From the NCBI GenBank assembly GCA_028291055.1, contig JAQGIP010000133.1, positions 3,113 through 67,112 on the forward strand: a stretch of DNA of 64,000 nucleotides, in the 5' to 3' direction. Position 1 is the stretch's first letter. Every line of letters starts with the position of its first letter. A program made the translations under genes and the position numbers. Source of the stretch: Caulobacter sp. (GTDB taxonomy: Bacteria > Pseudomonadota > Alphaproteobacteria > Caulobacterales > Caulobacteraceae). Of this stretch, positions 1 through 10,465 are shown one piece after another. The notes beneath the pieces were generated by a model that saw only the letters and a program-made list of their open reading frames with translations, ran no database searches and was not told the DNA's origin.

Positions 1-119
1 GATGGTTACACGCCCGAAAATAAAAAAGTAGCGGTGTTATCCGGCTGTAACTTCCGGGCGCGAGGCGACGTTGGGGTGACCATGTGCGCGGGGGTTGGCC
101 CCGCCCTGGGAGACGAGAC

Positions 120-371
120 ATGACCAAGTTCAAGACCTTCGCCGCCGCCATCGCCCTCACCGCCCTGGCCGGCTCCAGCGCCTTCGCCGCCGACTCCATG
201 AAGAGCGACGGCATGATGAAGAAGAAGCCCGCCGCGACCATGCAGTCGTGCAAGGCGATGGGCGACAAGGCCATGCACGACAAGGCCTGCATGGCGATGA
301 TGAAGAAGCATGACGCCATGAAGAGCGACGCCATGAAGGGCGACTCGATGAAGGCCGAAGGCCACCGCTAG
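120..371 (+). CDS. small secreted Met/Lys-rich repeat protein (MXKDX-like pentapeptide repeats)
   Basis: Track ORF 84..371 starts at GTG. An in-frame ATG at 120 is preceded by GGGAGA. Signal peptide MTKFKTFAAAIALTALAGSSAFA is followed by about 60 aa of degenerate D-x-M-K / M-x-K-x-D units (DSMKSDGMMKKK, DKAMHDKACMAMMKKHDAMKSDAMKGDSMK) with two Cys. Confidence 0.6.
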   Translation: MTKFKTFAAAIALTALAGSSAFAADSMKSDGMMKKKPAATMQSCKAMGDKAMHDKACMAMMKKHDAMKSDAMKGDSMKAEGHR

Positions 372-474
372 GCCGATCCGGCGGCCGCCCGCGCATTCCG
401 CCGGCGGCCGCCGCCTCGTTCCGCGCAGCCGCGTCGGCCGTGATGCGTTCAGCCTCAAACCGATGAGGCCCGCG

Positions 475-1110
475 ATGATCACCCTCTACACCTGGACTAC
501 CCCCAACGGCCGCAAGATCCCCATCATGCTGGAGGAACTGGACCTGGCCTACGAGGTCCGCCCTATCAACATCGGCCAGAACGAGCAGTTCGACCCCGCC
601 TACCTGGCCATCTCGCCCAACAACAAGATCCCCGCCATCGTCGACCACGACGCCGAGGATGGCGCGCTGGCCCTCTTCGAGAGCGGCGCCATCCTGACCT
701 ATCTGGCCGAACGCCACGGCCGCTTCCTCAGCCCGTCCGGTCCGGCCCGCTACAAGACCCTGGAATGGCTACACTGGCAGATCGGCGGCCTGGGTCCGAT
801 GCTGGGCCAGCTCGGCTTCTTCGCCCTGCGCTCGAAGGAAAAGGCGCCCCTGGCCATCGAGCGCTTCACCGAGGAGGCCGACCGCCTGATCGGGGTGATG
901 GAAAAGCGGCTGGCCGACGTCCCCTACCTGGCCGGCGACGACTATACGATCGCCGACATCGCGGCCTATCCGTGGACCGCCGCGGCGGCCGGCATGATGG
1001 CGGCGCCGCTGGCCGCCACCTGGGACAGGAGCCCCTCGGTGAAGCGCTGGCTGGAGGTGGTCGGCGCCCGCCCGGCCGTTCAGCGCGGTATGGCCGTCCC
1101 AAAGGTTTGA
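475..1110 (+). CDS. glutathione S-transferase, YfcG/YghU (Nu-class)-like
   Basis: MITLYTWTTPNGRKIPIMLEEL...SPNNKIPAIVD...FESGAILTYLAE is a thioredoxin-fold N-domain, followed by a helical C-domain. An alternative ATG lies at 463. Confidence 0.85.
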   Translation: MITLYTWTTPNGRKIPIMLEELDLAYEVRPINIGQNEQFDPAYLAISPNNKIPAIVDHDAEDGALALFESGAILTYLAERHGRFLSPSGPARYKTLEWLHWQIGGLGPMLGQLGFFALRSKEKAPLAIERFTEEADRLIGVMEKRLADVPYLAGDDYTIADIAAYPWTAAAAGMMAAPLAATWDRSPSVKRWLEVVGARPAVQRGMAVPKV

Positions 1111-1145
1111 CGCCCCGTCCCCTTCCGGGGCAGAGGGAGCGTCGC

Positions 1146-2339
1146 ATGGGCATCGCCACGACTCTCCTGACCACCCGGGCCCTGCGCGCCGTCGCCGACG
1201 GGTTCGTGGCCGTGCTGCTGCCGCTCTATCTGACAGGCCTCGGCTTCAATCCCTTCCAGGTGGGCCTGCTCAGCGCCGCGACCCTGGGCGGATCGGCGCT
1301 GCTGACCCTGGCCGTCGGCCTGACCGCCCATCGGGTCGATCCCAGGAAGCTGCTGCTGGCCGCGTGCCTTCTCATGGCGCTGACCGGCCTGGCCTTCGCG
1401 GCCGTGCGCGACTTCTGGCCCCTGCTGGCCATCGCCTTCGTGGGGACGCTCAATCCCTCGGCCGGGGACAACAGCCTGTTCCTGCCGCTGGAGCATTCCC
1501 TGCTGGCCCATGCCGGCCCCGACGCCCGGCGCACCCACCTGTTTGGCCGCTACGCCCTGGTCGCCTCCCTGGCCGGGGCGGTCGGGTCCCTGGCGGCGGG
1601 GGCTCCGGTGATCCTGTCCCGCGCCCTGCCCATCTCGGGGATGGACGCCATTCGCGCGATGTTCCTGGCCTATTCGGCCGTCGCGCTGGTCGCGCTGCTG
1701 CTCTATCGCCGCCTGCCGCCGCAGACACCCGAGGCGGCGTCAGCCCGAACGGCGCTGGGCCCTTCGCGCAAGACGGTGATGCTGCTCGCCGGGCTCTTCA
1801 GCCTGGACGCCTTCGGAGGCGGCTTCTTCGTCCAGTCGCTGATGGCGCTCTGGCTCTACAAGCAATTCGGCTTGTCGGCGGCGGGCGTCGGCGCCCTCTT
1901 CTTCTGGACCGGAGTGCTCGGCGCCGGCTCCCTGCTGGCGGCCGCGCGACTTTCCAACCGGATCGGGTTGGTAAGAACCATGGTCTTCACCCACATCCCG
2001 GCCAGCCTCTGCATCATCATCGCGGCCTTCAGCCACAGCCTGCCGCTGGTGATCGGCCTGCTGCTGGTCCGCGCCTGTCTGTCCCAGATGGATGTGCCGG
2101 CCCGCGGCTCCTACGTCATGGCGATCGTGACTCCCGCCGAACGGGCCGCCGCCGCCAGCTTTACCGCTGTGCCCCGCAGTCTCGCGGGCGCCTTGAGCCC
2201 GGCCGTTGCCGGCTGGATGATGATGGCGGGATCGTTCGCCGCGCCCCTGGTGATCGGCGGCGGCCTGAAGATCGCCTACGACCTCCTGCTTCTGCTGATG
2301 TTCCGCAACGTGCGGCGCCCAGAGGAGACGAAGGCCTAG
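1146..2339 (+). CDS. MFS transporter
   Basis: The real part of track ORF 765..2339 begins at ATG 1146 (MGIATTLLTTRALRAVADGFVAVLLPLYL...). It has about 12 hydrophobic segments. The upstream part of the ORF is Arg/Gly-rich junk overlapping the GST gene. Confidence 0.8.
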   Translation: MGIATTLLTTRALRAVADGFVAVLLPLYLTGLGFNPFQVGLLSAATLGGSALLTLAVGLTAHRVDPRKLLLAACLLMALTGLAFAAVRDFWPLLAIAFVGTLNPSAGDNSLFLPLEHSLLAHAGPDARRTHLFGRYALVASLAGAVGSLAAGAPVILSRALPISGMDAIRAMFLAYSAVALVALLLYRRLPPQTPEAASARTALGPSRKTVMLLAGLFSLDAFGGGFFVQSLMALWLYKQFGLSAAGVGALFFWTGVLGAGSLLAAARLSNRIGLVRTMVFTHIPASLCIIIAAFSHSLPLVIGLLLVRACLSQMDVPARGSYVMAIVTPAERAAAASFTAVPRSLAGALSPAVAGWMMMAGSFAAPLVIGGGLKIAYDLLLLLMFRNVRRPEETKA

Positions 2340-2342
2340 CAG

Positions 2343-2591
2343 CTGTGGGCAGTTAGGCTTTCACCCCACCTAGCGTCATCGCCGGACTTGTTCCGGCGAG
2401 ACGGTGAGCCCCGTGAGAAGGAGGGAGTGTCGCGGCGCGGCGTTCCCGCGGGGCGACGGCGACGTGGGCTCAAGGGCTCCGCTGGCGCTACGCCCCATCA
2501 AACACGACGTTCATGGGCCACCGGAACAAGTCCGGTGGTGACGCTAGGGGATTGGGTGGCGAGGACCGGCGATCGCCGCAACTGTCCACAG
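2343..2591. repeat. family-A MITE-like palindromic element, copy 1
   Basis: The element runs from CTGTGGGCAGTT to AACTGTCCACAG (terminal inverted repeats). It has inner arms of about 45 nt that each carry a hairpin (CGCCGGActtgtTCCGGCG / CCACCGGAacaagTCCGGTGG). A near-identical copy lies at 52171..52419. Confidence 0.85.
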
Positions 2592-2594
2592 CTT

Positions 2595-5153
<2,559 letters not shown>

Positions 5154-5282
5154 TCGGCTCGGGCCAGTTGATAGCGACCCGATTGCTACCACCGTCGCTG
5201 TTTAGAAAATGTGTAGCCTGTGCCGCTGTTTGGCCCAACATTGTGCGTCGAATTGCCGCCGTCACGACCGAGGCAGAGCCGC

Positions 5283-6686
5283 ATGTCCATCGCCAGGACC
5301 GCCCTGGATCAATTGATGGCGCTGGACGCAGGCGCGGCGCCGGCTTTCGTCGTTTTCGATGAAGATGCTCCGGCCCTGGCCACCCGTTTTGCCGCCGACG
5401 AGGCCGCCGCCGCCGCCCAGGCCGCGACCGGGGCGGCCGCCGCCGACATCTGGCGCCTGCGCGGCGGCGCGGAGCAGACGGTGCGGGTCGCCACGCGGGA
5501 GGCCGCCGCCGGGCTGGTGGGCTTTGCCCTGCAGCGGTTCGAGGACGCGGACCGCGCGCCGCTGATGGAGCGGATCGGCGGCGGCAACCTGCCGCTGACC
5601 TCGCCGCTGGGCTTCTTTGCGACCCGCGACGGCCGCCACGTCTTCCTGCATCCCAGCTTCCCCGACAGTGCGCGCAAGCTGCTGGCCCTGCTCGGCGTCG
5701 ACGACAACCGCGAGGCCGTGGCCAAGGCGGCCGCCGGCTGGGACGCCCAGGCGCTGGAGGACGCCATCGCCGAGGCCGGCGTCTGCGGCGCGGTCGCCCG
5801 CTCTCCCGAGGAATGGGACGCCAGCGAACAGGGCCGCGCCCTGGTCGCCCTGCCCCTGGTCGAGGTCGTGCGAGTGTCGGACGGCCCGCCGGTCCCCCTC
5901 CCCACCGACGGCGATGCGCCCCTCTGCGGCATACGCGTGCTGGACCTCACCCGGGTGCTGGCCGGCCCCACCTGCGGCCGCGCCCTGGCCCAGTATGGCG
6001 CGGAAGTCTTGGCCATCGCCGGGCCCGACCTGCCCTCGATTCCGATGTTCGTGTCCGACACCGGCCACGGCAAACGCTCGGCCTTCCTTGACCTGAAGAC
6101 CGATACTGGACGCGAGGCCTTGAAGACCCTGGTGCGCGGCGCCGACGTCTTCTCCCAGGGCTACCGGGCCGGCGCCCTGGAACGGCTGGGGTTCGGCGAG
6201 GCGGACCTGGCGGCCCTCAATCCCAGCCTGATCAGCATCTCCATCAACTGCTATGGCCACGAGGGTCCCTGGCGAGAACGCCCCGGCTGGGAACAGCTGG
6301 CCCAGACCGTGACCGGCATGGCGCAGGTGCACGGCGGCGCGGACACGCCGGAGCTGCAGCCTGGCGCCGTCACCGACTACACCACCGGCTTCCTGGCGGC
6401 CTACGGCGCCATGATCGCCCTGCGCCGCCGCGCGGTGGAGGGCGGTGGCTGGCGGGTGCGGGTGTCCCTGTCCCAGACCGGCGTGTGGGTGCGCGGCCTG
6501 GGCCTGCGCGAGACGCCCAGCCGATCGATGTCGAGCGAGGAGATCACCGGCTTCTGCGAACGCCACGACAGCGGCTACGGCCCGCTCACCCACCTGCGGC
6601 CGGCCGTGCGGATGTCGGCGACGCAGCCCCGCTGGGATGAGCCGACCCGGCCCCTGGGCGTCGATGCGCCAAGCTGGAAGGTCTGA
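5283..6686 (+). CDS. family III CoA-transferase (CaiB/BaiF family) with about 200 aa N-terminal extension
   Basis: Signature GIRVLDLTRVLAGPTCGRALAQYGAEVLAI...GKRSAFLDLK...ADVFSQGYRAGALERLG...NCYGHEGPW...VTDYTTG. ATG at 5283 (MSIARTALDQ). Confidence 0.8.
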   Translation: MSIARTALDQLMALDAGAAPAFVVFDEDAPALATRFAADEAAAAAQAATGAAAADIWRLRGGAEQTVRVATREAAAGLVGFALQRFEDADRAPLMERIGGGNLPLTSPLGFFATRDGRHVFLHPSFPDSARKLLALLGVDDNREAVAKAAAGWDAQALEDAIAEAGVCGAVARSPEEWDASEQGRALVALPLVEVVRVSDGPPVPLPTDGDAPLCGIRVLDLTRVLAGPTCGRALAQYGAEVLAIAGPDLPSIPMFVSDTGHGKRSAFLDLKTDTGREALKTLVRGADVFSQGYRAGALERLGFGEADLAALNPSLISISINCYGHEGPWRERPGWEQLAQTVTGMAQVHGGADTPELQPGAVTDYTTGFLAAYGAMIALRRRAVEGGGWRVRVSLSQTGVWVRGLGLRETPSRSMSSEEITGFCERHDSGYGPLTHLRPAVRMSATQPRWDEPTRPLGVDAPSWKV

Positions 6687-6759
6687 CCTCCCGCTGCCGC
6701 ACTCGGGGCAAGGGCGAGGGCGGCTGCGCGTCGCCAGACGCGAACCGGCCGGCCGGCTA

Positions 6760-7890
6760 TCAGGCCGTGATCGCCGCCACGGCCTGCCAGACCAGGACAG
6801 CCCCAACCACGCTGATCAGCCCGCCGGAGAAATACGGCGCCCGGCGGGCGACCTTGGCGAAGAGGCCTGACCAGCGGCGCTCCGCGTGGCGCATGCCGAC
6901 AGCGGCGACGACACCGACCGTCACCATGGTAACGGCCAGGCCGATCGAGAAGCACAGGACGAGCGTCGCTCCGAGGGCAACCTGCTTGAGCTGCAAGCAC
7001 AGCAGCAGGACGGTGATCGACGCAGGACAGGGGATGAGTCCGCCCGTCAGCCCAAAGATAGCGATCTGCCAGGTGGTTACGTCCTTGCCGGCGAAGCGCT
7101 TCTTGATGTCGTTGGCGTGGGCGCGTTCGTGAGCGTCCTGAAATCCGGGCGCGTTCACGTCAACACCGCCGTGCTCGTGGCCATGATCTCCCTCGGCGAA
7201 ATCCACATCGAATTCATGCACATGGTCGCCGTGTCCCAGCGCTAGCCGCACACCAAAACTGTGCGGCTCCGGGATCGCATCCGCCGACTGCAGAAAGCCG
7301 TCGCCCGGCTCGAATCTGAAAGGCTGGGTCGCGCCATCCGCTCGGGTGGTGGTCACCGTGACCTGGCCTGCCGCGGGCGCGTGGCCGCGCTCGGTCACGA
7401 TCCGGAAATGAGCAGCTATGCCTTCCTCGAAAATGCTTAGCGCGACGCGGCCATGGCCAGTGTCGATCCGATGGATTTCGTCGTGCGCGTGCCCGTGAGC
7501 GTGAGCCTGGTCATGCCCCTGATCTTGCTCGAAGGCTTCGGCGCGTTGCTCCCGCCAAGTGCGCCAGATCATCCACCCGGCGACGGCCAGGATGATGAGC
7601 GCCGATGCGAGTTGGAAGTAGGGCTCGGAAGCTTGCAGATCGAGATTCCGTCCGAAATATAGGCCGCCCAGGGCGATCGCCCACACAATGGCCGTATGGG
7701 ACAGTGTGGCGGACAGGCCCAGGAGCACCGCCTGCCAGACAGTGCCGCGAACGGCGACAATGAATGCGGCCATCATGGTCTTGGAATGGCCGGGCTCCAG
7801 ACCGTGCAAGGCCCCCAACAACAGGGCGGAGGGTATGAACAGCCAGGCGTGGGCTGCGCCCTGCTGCATGAGTTCGGCAAGCGGCGTCAT
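6760..7890 (-). CDS. rcnA: nickel/cobalt efflux permease, RcnA (NicO) family, with long His-rich loop
   Basis: HGLEPGHSKTMMAAF motif, 6 TM segments, and a central loop with HDQAHAHGHAHDEIH and GDHGHEHGG tracts. The start is ATG 7890 (MTPLAELMQQ), 7 nt after the rcnR stop. Confidence 0.8.
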   Translation of the reverse strand: MTPLAELMQQGAAHAWLFIPSALLLGALHGLEPGHSKTMMAAFIVAVRGTVWQAVLLGLSATLSHTAIVWAIALGGLYFGRNLDLQASEPYFQLASALIILAVAGWMIWRTWREQRAEAFEQDQGHDQAHAHGHAHDEIHRIDTGHGRVALSIFEEGIAAHFRIVTERGHAPAAGQVTVTTTRADGATQPFRFEPGDGFLQSADAIPEPHSFGVRLALGHGDHVHEFDVDFAEGDHGHEHGGVDVNAPGFQDAHERAHANDIKKRFAGKDVTTWQIAIFGLTGGLIPCPASITVLLLCLQLKQVALGATLVLCFSIGLAVTMVTVGVVAAVGMRHAERRWSGLFAKVARRAPYFSGGLISVVGAVLVWQAVAAITA

Positions 7891-7897
7891 TGGCTCT

Positions 7898-8173
7898 TCA
7901 CAGGTACTTGGTGATTTCTTTGAATTCAGAGACCGCCTGCCGCGCCTCGTCGGGCTCACCGTCCGCCGCGTGGGCCAGACAATGGTCGATGTGATCGTGG
8001 ATCAGCGTCTTCTTCGCCGCCGCGACCGCCCGCTCGATCGCATGAAGCTGCTGAGCGAGGTCCAGGCAGGTGCGGCCGGCCTGGATCATCGCGATCGTTT
8101 TATGCAGATGCCCCTCGGCCCGCTTCAGCCGGTTGACGATCTCAAGATGGGTTTCATGAACGACGTGAGCCAT
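7898..8173 (-). CDS. rcnR: RcnR/CsoR (DUF156) family metal-sensing repressor
   Basis: MAHVVHETHLEIVNRLKRAEGHLHKTIAMIQAGRTCLDLAQQLHAIERAVAAAKKTLIHDHIDHCL. The His3 / Cys36 / His61 / His64 pattern matches the RcnR-type H-C-H-H metal-ligand fingerprint. Start is ATG 8173. Confidence 0.8.
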   Translation of the reverse strand: MAHVVHETHLEIVNRLKRAEGHLHKTIAMIQAGRTCLDLAQQLHAIERAVAAAKKTLIHDHIDHCLAHAADGEPDEARQAVSEFKEITKYL

Positions 8174-8182
8174 CCCACATCC

Positions 8183-8201
8183 TATCCCCCTGGAGGGGAT
8201 A
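8183..8201. promoter_or_regulatory. candidate RcnR/CsoR-type operator (TATCCCC-N5-GGGGATA)
   Basis: A 7-bp perfect inverted repeat of an AT-flanked C/G tract lies 10 nt upstream of the rcnR start codon, in the rcnR-ureD divergent region. This architecture is typical of CsoR/RcnR operators. Confidence 0.5.
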
Positions 8202-8323
8202 CGTACAGCGACTGCATCGTCAAATTTTGGAGCGGCCAAGCCAGCCGACTACCCGCCGGCAAAGGCCTGAAACGTGCTGCCGCAAGGCCGGGCAGGTGCG
8301 ATAATTTTAGGCGCCCGCCGCTG

Positions 8324-9193
8324 ATGCCGCTGGACAGCCGCCGAAGGCGCGCCGACGCTGCTCCGTCCATGCCGCTGGATACCGCCGAGTTCCTGGAGAT
8401 GCCGCCCGCCCTGCAAAGGACCCGGGGCGAGGGCCGGCTCACGATTGCCGGCGCCCGTGTGCGCGAACTCTACCAGCTGGGCGCCGCCAAGATCCGCCTG
8501 CCCAACGCCCATGGCGCCCACGCCCAGGAGGCTGTGCTGATCAACACCGGCGGCGGCCTGACCGGCGGCGACCGTATGGCCTGGCGGGTGGCGGCGGAGG
8601 ATGGCGCGCACCTGACCGTGACCACCCAGGCCTGCGAGAAGGTCTACCGCTCCACCGGCGGCCCGGCGCACGTGGACACGGCGCTCGACATCGGCCCGGG
8701 CGCCGCCATCGACTGGCTGCCGCAGGAGACCATCCTGTTCGATCGCGCGGAACTGGCCCGCACCCTGGAAGCCGACATCGCCGAGGGCGGCCGCCTGCTG
8801 GCGCTGGAATCCGTCGTGCTGGGCCGCCAGGCCATGGGCGAAACGGTGCGTCAGGGCAGCCTGCGCGACCGCTGGCGCGTGCGCCGCCAGGGCAGGCTGA
8901 TCTTCGCCGACGACATCCGCCTGGACGGCGCCATGGCCGATCTGGCCGCCCGCCCCGCCGCCCTGGCCGGCGGCCGCGCCTTCGCCACCCTGCTGCTGGT
9001 CGAGGACGAGGCCGAGCGCCTGCTCGAACCCGTCCGCGCGGCCTTGGCCGGCCGGGGCGGGGCCAGCGCCTTCGGCGGCAAGCTGACCTGCCGCATCGTC
9101 GCGGCGGACGGCCTGACCCTGCGCCGGGCCCTGCTTCCCGCCCTCCAGGCCCTGCGCCAGGATGCGCCCCTGCCCCGAGTCTGGAGCCTTTGA
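8324..9193 (+). CDS. ureD: urease accessory protein UreD
   Basis: ...[24 protein letters not shown]...[18 protein letters not shown]...[14 protein letters not shown]. The start is ATG 8324 or ATG 8369 (both read MPLD...). The first about 210 aa of track ORF 7688..9193 are antisense to rcnA/rcnR and are not part of the gene. Confidence 0.85.
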   Translation: MPLDSRRRRADAAPSMPLDTAEFLEMPPALQRTRGEGRLTIAGARVRELYQLGAAKIRLPNAHGAHAQEAVLINTGGGLTGGDRMAWRVAAEDGAHLTVTTQACEKVYRSTGGPAHVDTALDIGPGAAIDWLPQETILFDRAELARTLEADIAEGGRLLALESVVLGRQAMGETVRQGSLRDRWRVRRQGRLIFADDIRLDGAMADLAARPAALAGGRAFATLLLVEDEAERLLEPVRAALAGRGGASAFGGKLTCRIVAADGLTLRRALLPALQALRQDAPLPRVWSL

Positions 9194-9200
9194 GGACCTC

Positions 9201-9503
9201 ATGAACCTGACGCCCCGGGAAAAGGACAAGCTGCTGATCGCCATGGCCGCGATGGTCGCGCGCAAGCGGCTGGAGCGCGGCGTGAAGCTCAACTACCCGG
9301 AGGCCATCGCCCTGATCTCCGACTTCGTGGTCGAGGGCGCCCGCGACGGCCGCTCGGTCGCGGAGCTGATGGAGGCCGGCGGCCACGTCGTCGCCCGCGA
9401 CCAGGTCATGGAGGGCATCGCGGAGATGATCCACGACGTCCAGGTCGAAGCCACCTTTCCCGACGGGACCAAGCTGGTCACCGTCCACCACCCGATCCGC
9501 TAG
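9201..9503 (+). CDS. ureA: urease subunit gamma
   Basis: [57 protein letters not shown]..., 100 aa. Confidence 0.95.
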   Translation: MNLTPREKDKLLIAMAAMVARKRLERGVKLNYPEAIALISDFVVEGARDGRSVAELMEAGGHVVARDQVMEGIAEMIHDVQVEATFPDGTKLVTVHHPIR

Positions 9504-9515
9504 GAGCGCCCGCCC

Positions 9516-10160
9516 ATGACCCTCAAATCCGCTCATTCCCCCGCAGGCGGGAACCCAAGCACACTGTCGGCTTTCGCCAAGGCCGCATGGATCCCCGCCC
9601 TTGCGGGGACGAGCGGGCTGTTGTTATTGGCCACCCCCGCCCTCGCCCACCCGGGCCACGAGCAGGCCGCCACCTTCGCGGCGGGCCTCAGCCATCCGTT
9701 CAGCGGCCTGGACCATATGCTGGCCATGCTGTCGGTCGGCCTGTGGGCCGCGATGCGCGGCGGCAAGGCGGTGTGGGCCTGGCCCCTGGCCTTCGTGACC
9801 GCGATGATCGGCGGCGGAGCCCTGGGCCTCGCGGGCCTTCAACTGCCCCTGGTCGAACCCGCCATTCTGGCCTCTGTCATCGTTCTGGGCGCCCTCACGG
9901 CCACCGCCGTCCGCGCTCCGGTCCTGGCCGGCGCGGCGCTGATCGCCCTGTTCGGTCTCGCTCACGGCTTCGCTCATGGCGCCGAAGCGCCCCTGGGCTC
10001 CCCCGCCCTCTACGCCATCGGCTTCGTGATCGCGACGGCGGGCCTGCACCTGGCCGGCCTCGGCGCGGGCCTGGGCCTCATCCGCCTCCGCCATCCGCTG
10101 GTGCTGCGCCTGCTCGGCGCCGGCGCCGCACTGGGCGGCCTGGCCATGGTATTCGCATGA
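9516..10160 (+). CDS. ureJ: HupE/UreJ family nickel permease
   Basis: The predicted mature N-terminus is HPGHEQA. Also present are [15 protein letters not shown] and [10 protein letters not shown] motifs and 6 TM segments. ATG 9516 has a TAGGAG SD. The stop overlaps the ureB ATG (ATGA). Confidence 0.85.
   Translation: MTLKSAHSPAGGNPSTLSAFAKAAWIPALAGTSGLLLLATPALAHPGHEQAATFAAGLSHPFSGLDHMLAMLSVGLWAAMRGGKAVWAWPLAFVTAMIGGGALGLAGLQLPLVEPAILASVIVLGALTATAVRAPVLAGAALIALFGLAHGFAHGAEAPLGSPALYAIGFVIATAGLHLAGLGAGLGLIRLRHPLVLRLLGAGAALGGLAMVFA
9529..9616. repeat. short family-B palindromic element lying in frame inside ureJ codons 5-34
   Basis: Left arm CCGCTCATTCCCCCGCAGGCGGGAACCCA, right arm CATGGATCCCCGCCCTTGCGGGGACGAGCGG. 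The termini are homologous to the elements at 26178, 31151 and 40760. Confidence 0.7.
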
Positions 10161-10465
10161 TCCCCGGCGAGGTCATCACCGTCCCCGGCTACATCGAGCT
10201 CAACGCCGGGGCGCCCACCACCATCCTCGAAGTGGCCAACACCGGCGATCGCCCGATCCAGGTCGGCAGCCACTATCACTTCGCCGAAACCAACCCCGCG
10301 CTCCGCTTCGACCGCGCCAAGGCCCGCGGCCAGCGTATGGATATCGCGGCCGGAACCGCCGTGCGCTTCGAACCCGGCCAGACCCGCGAGATCACCCTCG
10401 TGCCCCTGCTCGGCGAGCGCATCGTCTACGGCTTCCGCCAGGACGTGATGGGAAAGCTCGACTGA
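10157..10465 (+). CDS. ureB: urease subunit beta
   Basis: [49 protein letters not shown], 101 aa. Confidence 0.95.
   Translation: MIPGEVITVPGYIELNAGAPTTILEVANTGDRPIQVGSHYHFAETNPALRFDRAKARGQRMDIAAGTAVRFEPGQTREITLVPLLGERIVYGFRQDVMGKLD

Noticed and set aside
372-462. The self-complementary motif GGCGGCCGCC repeated after the small secreted protein gene, considered as a terminator.
   Set aside because: A hairpin is possible but there is no U-tract, and such NotI-like palindromes are common in this GC range. The support is too weak to annotate it.
8264-8278. A sigma-54-like GG-N10-GC element (aGGCCTGAAACGTGCt) 46 nt upstream of ureD ATG 8324, which would fit NtrC control of urease.
   Set aside because: Only the GG/GC dinucleotides and the spacing match. 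The flanking consensus (TGGCAC / TTGCW) is poorly met, and such matches are frequent by chance in GC-rich DNA. No upstream enhancer-like NtrC sites were recognised.
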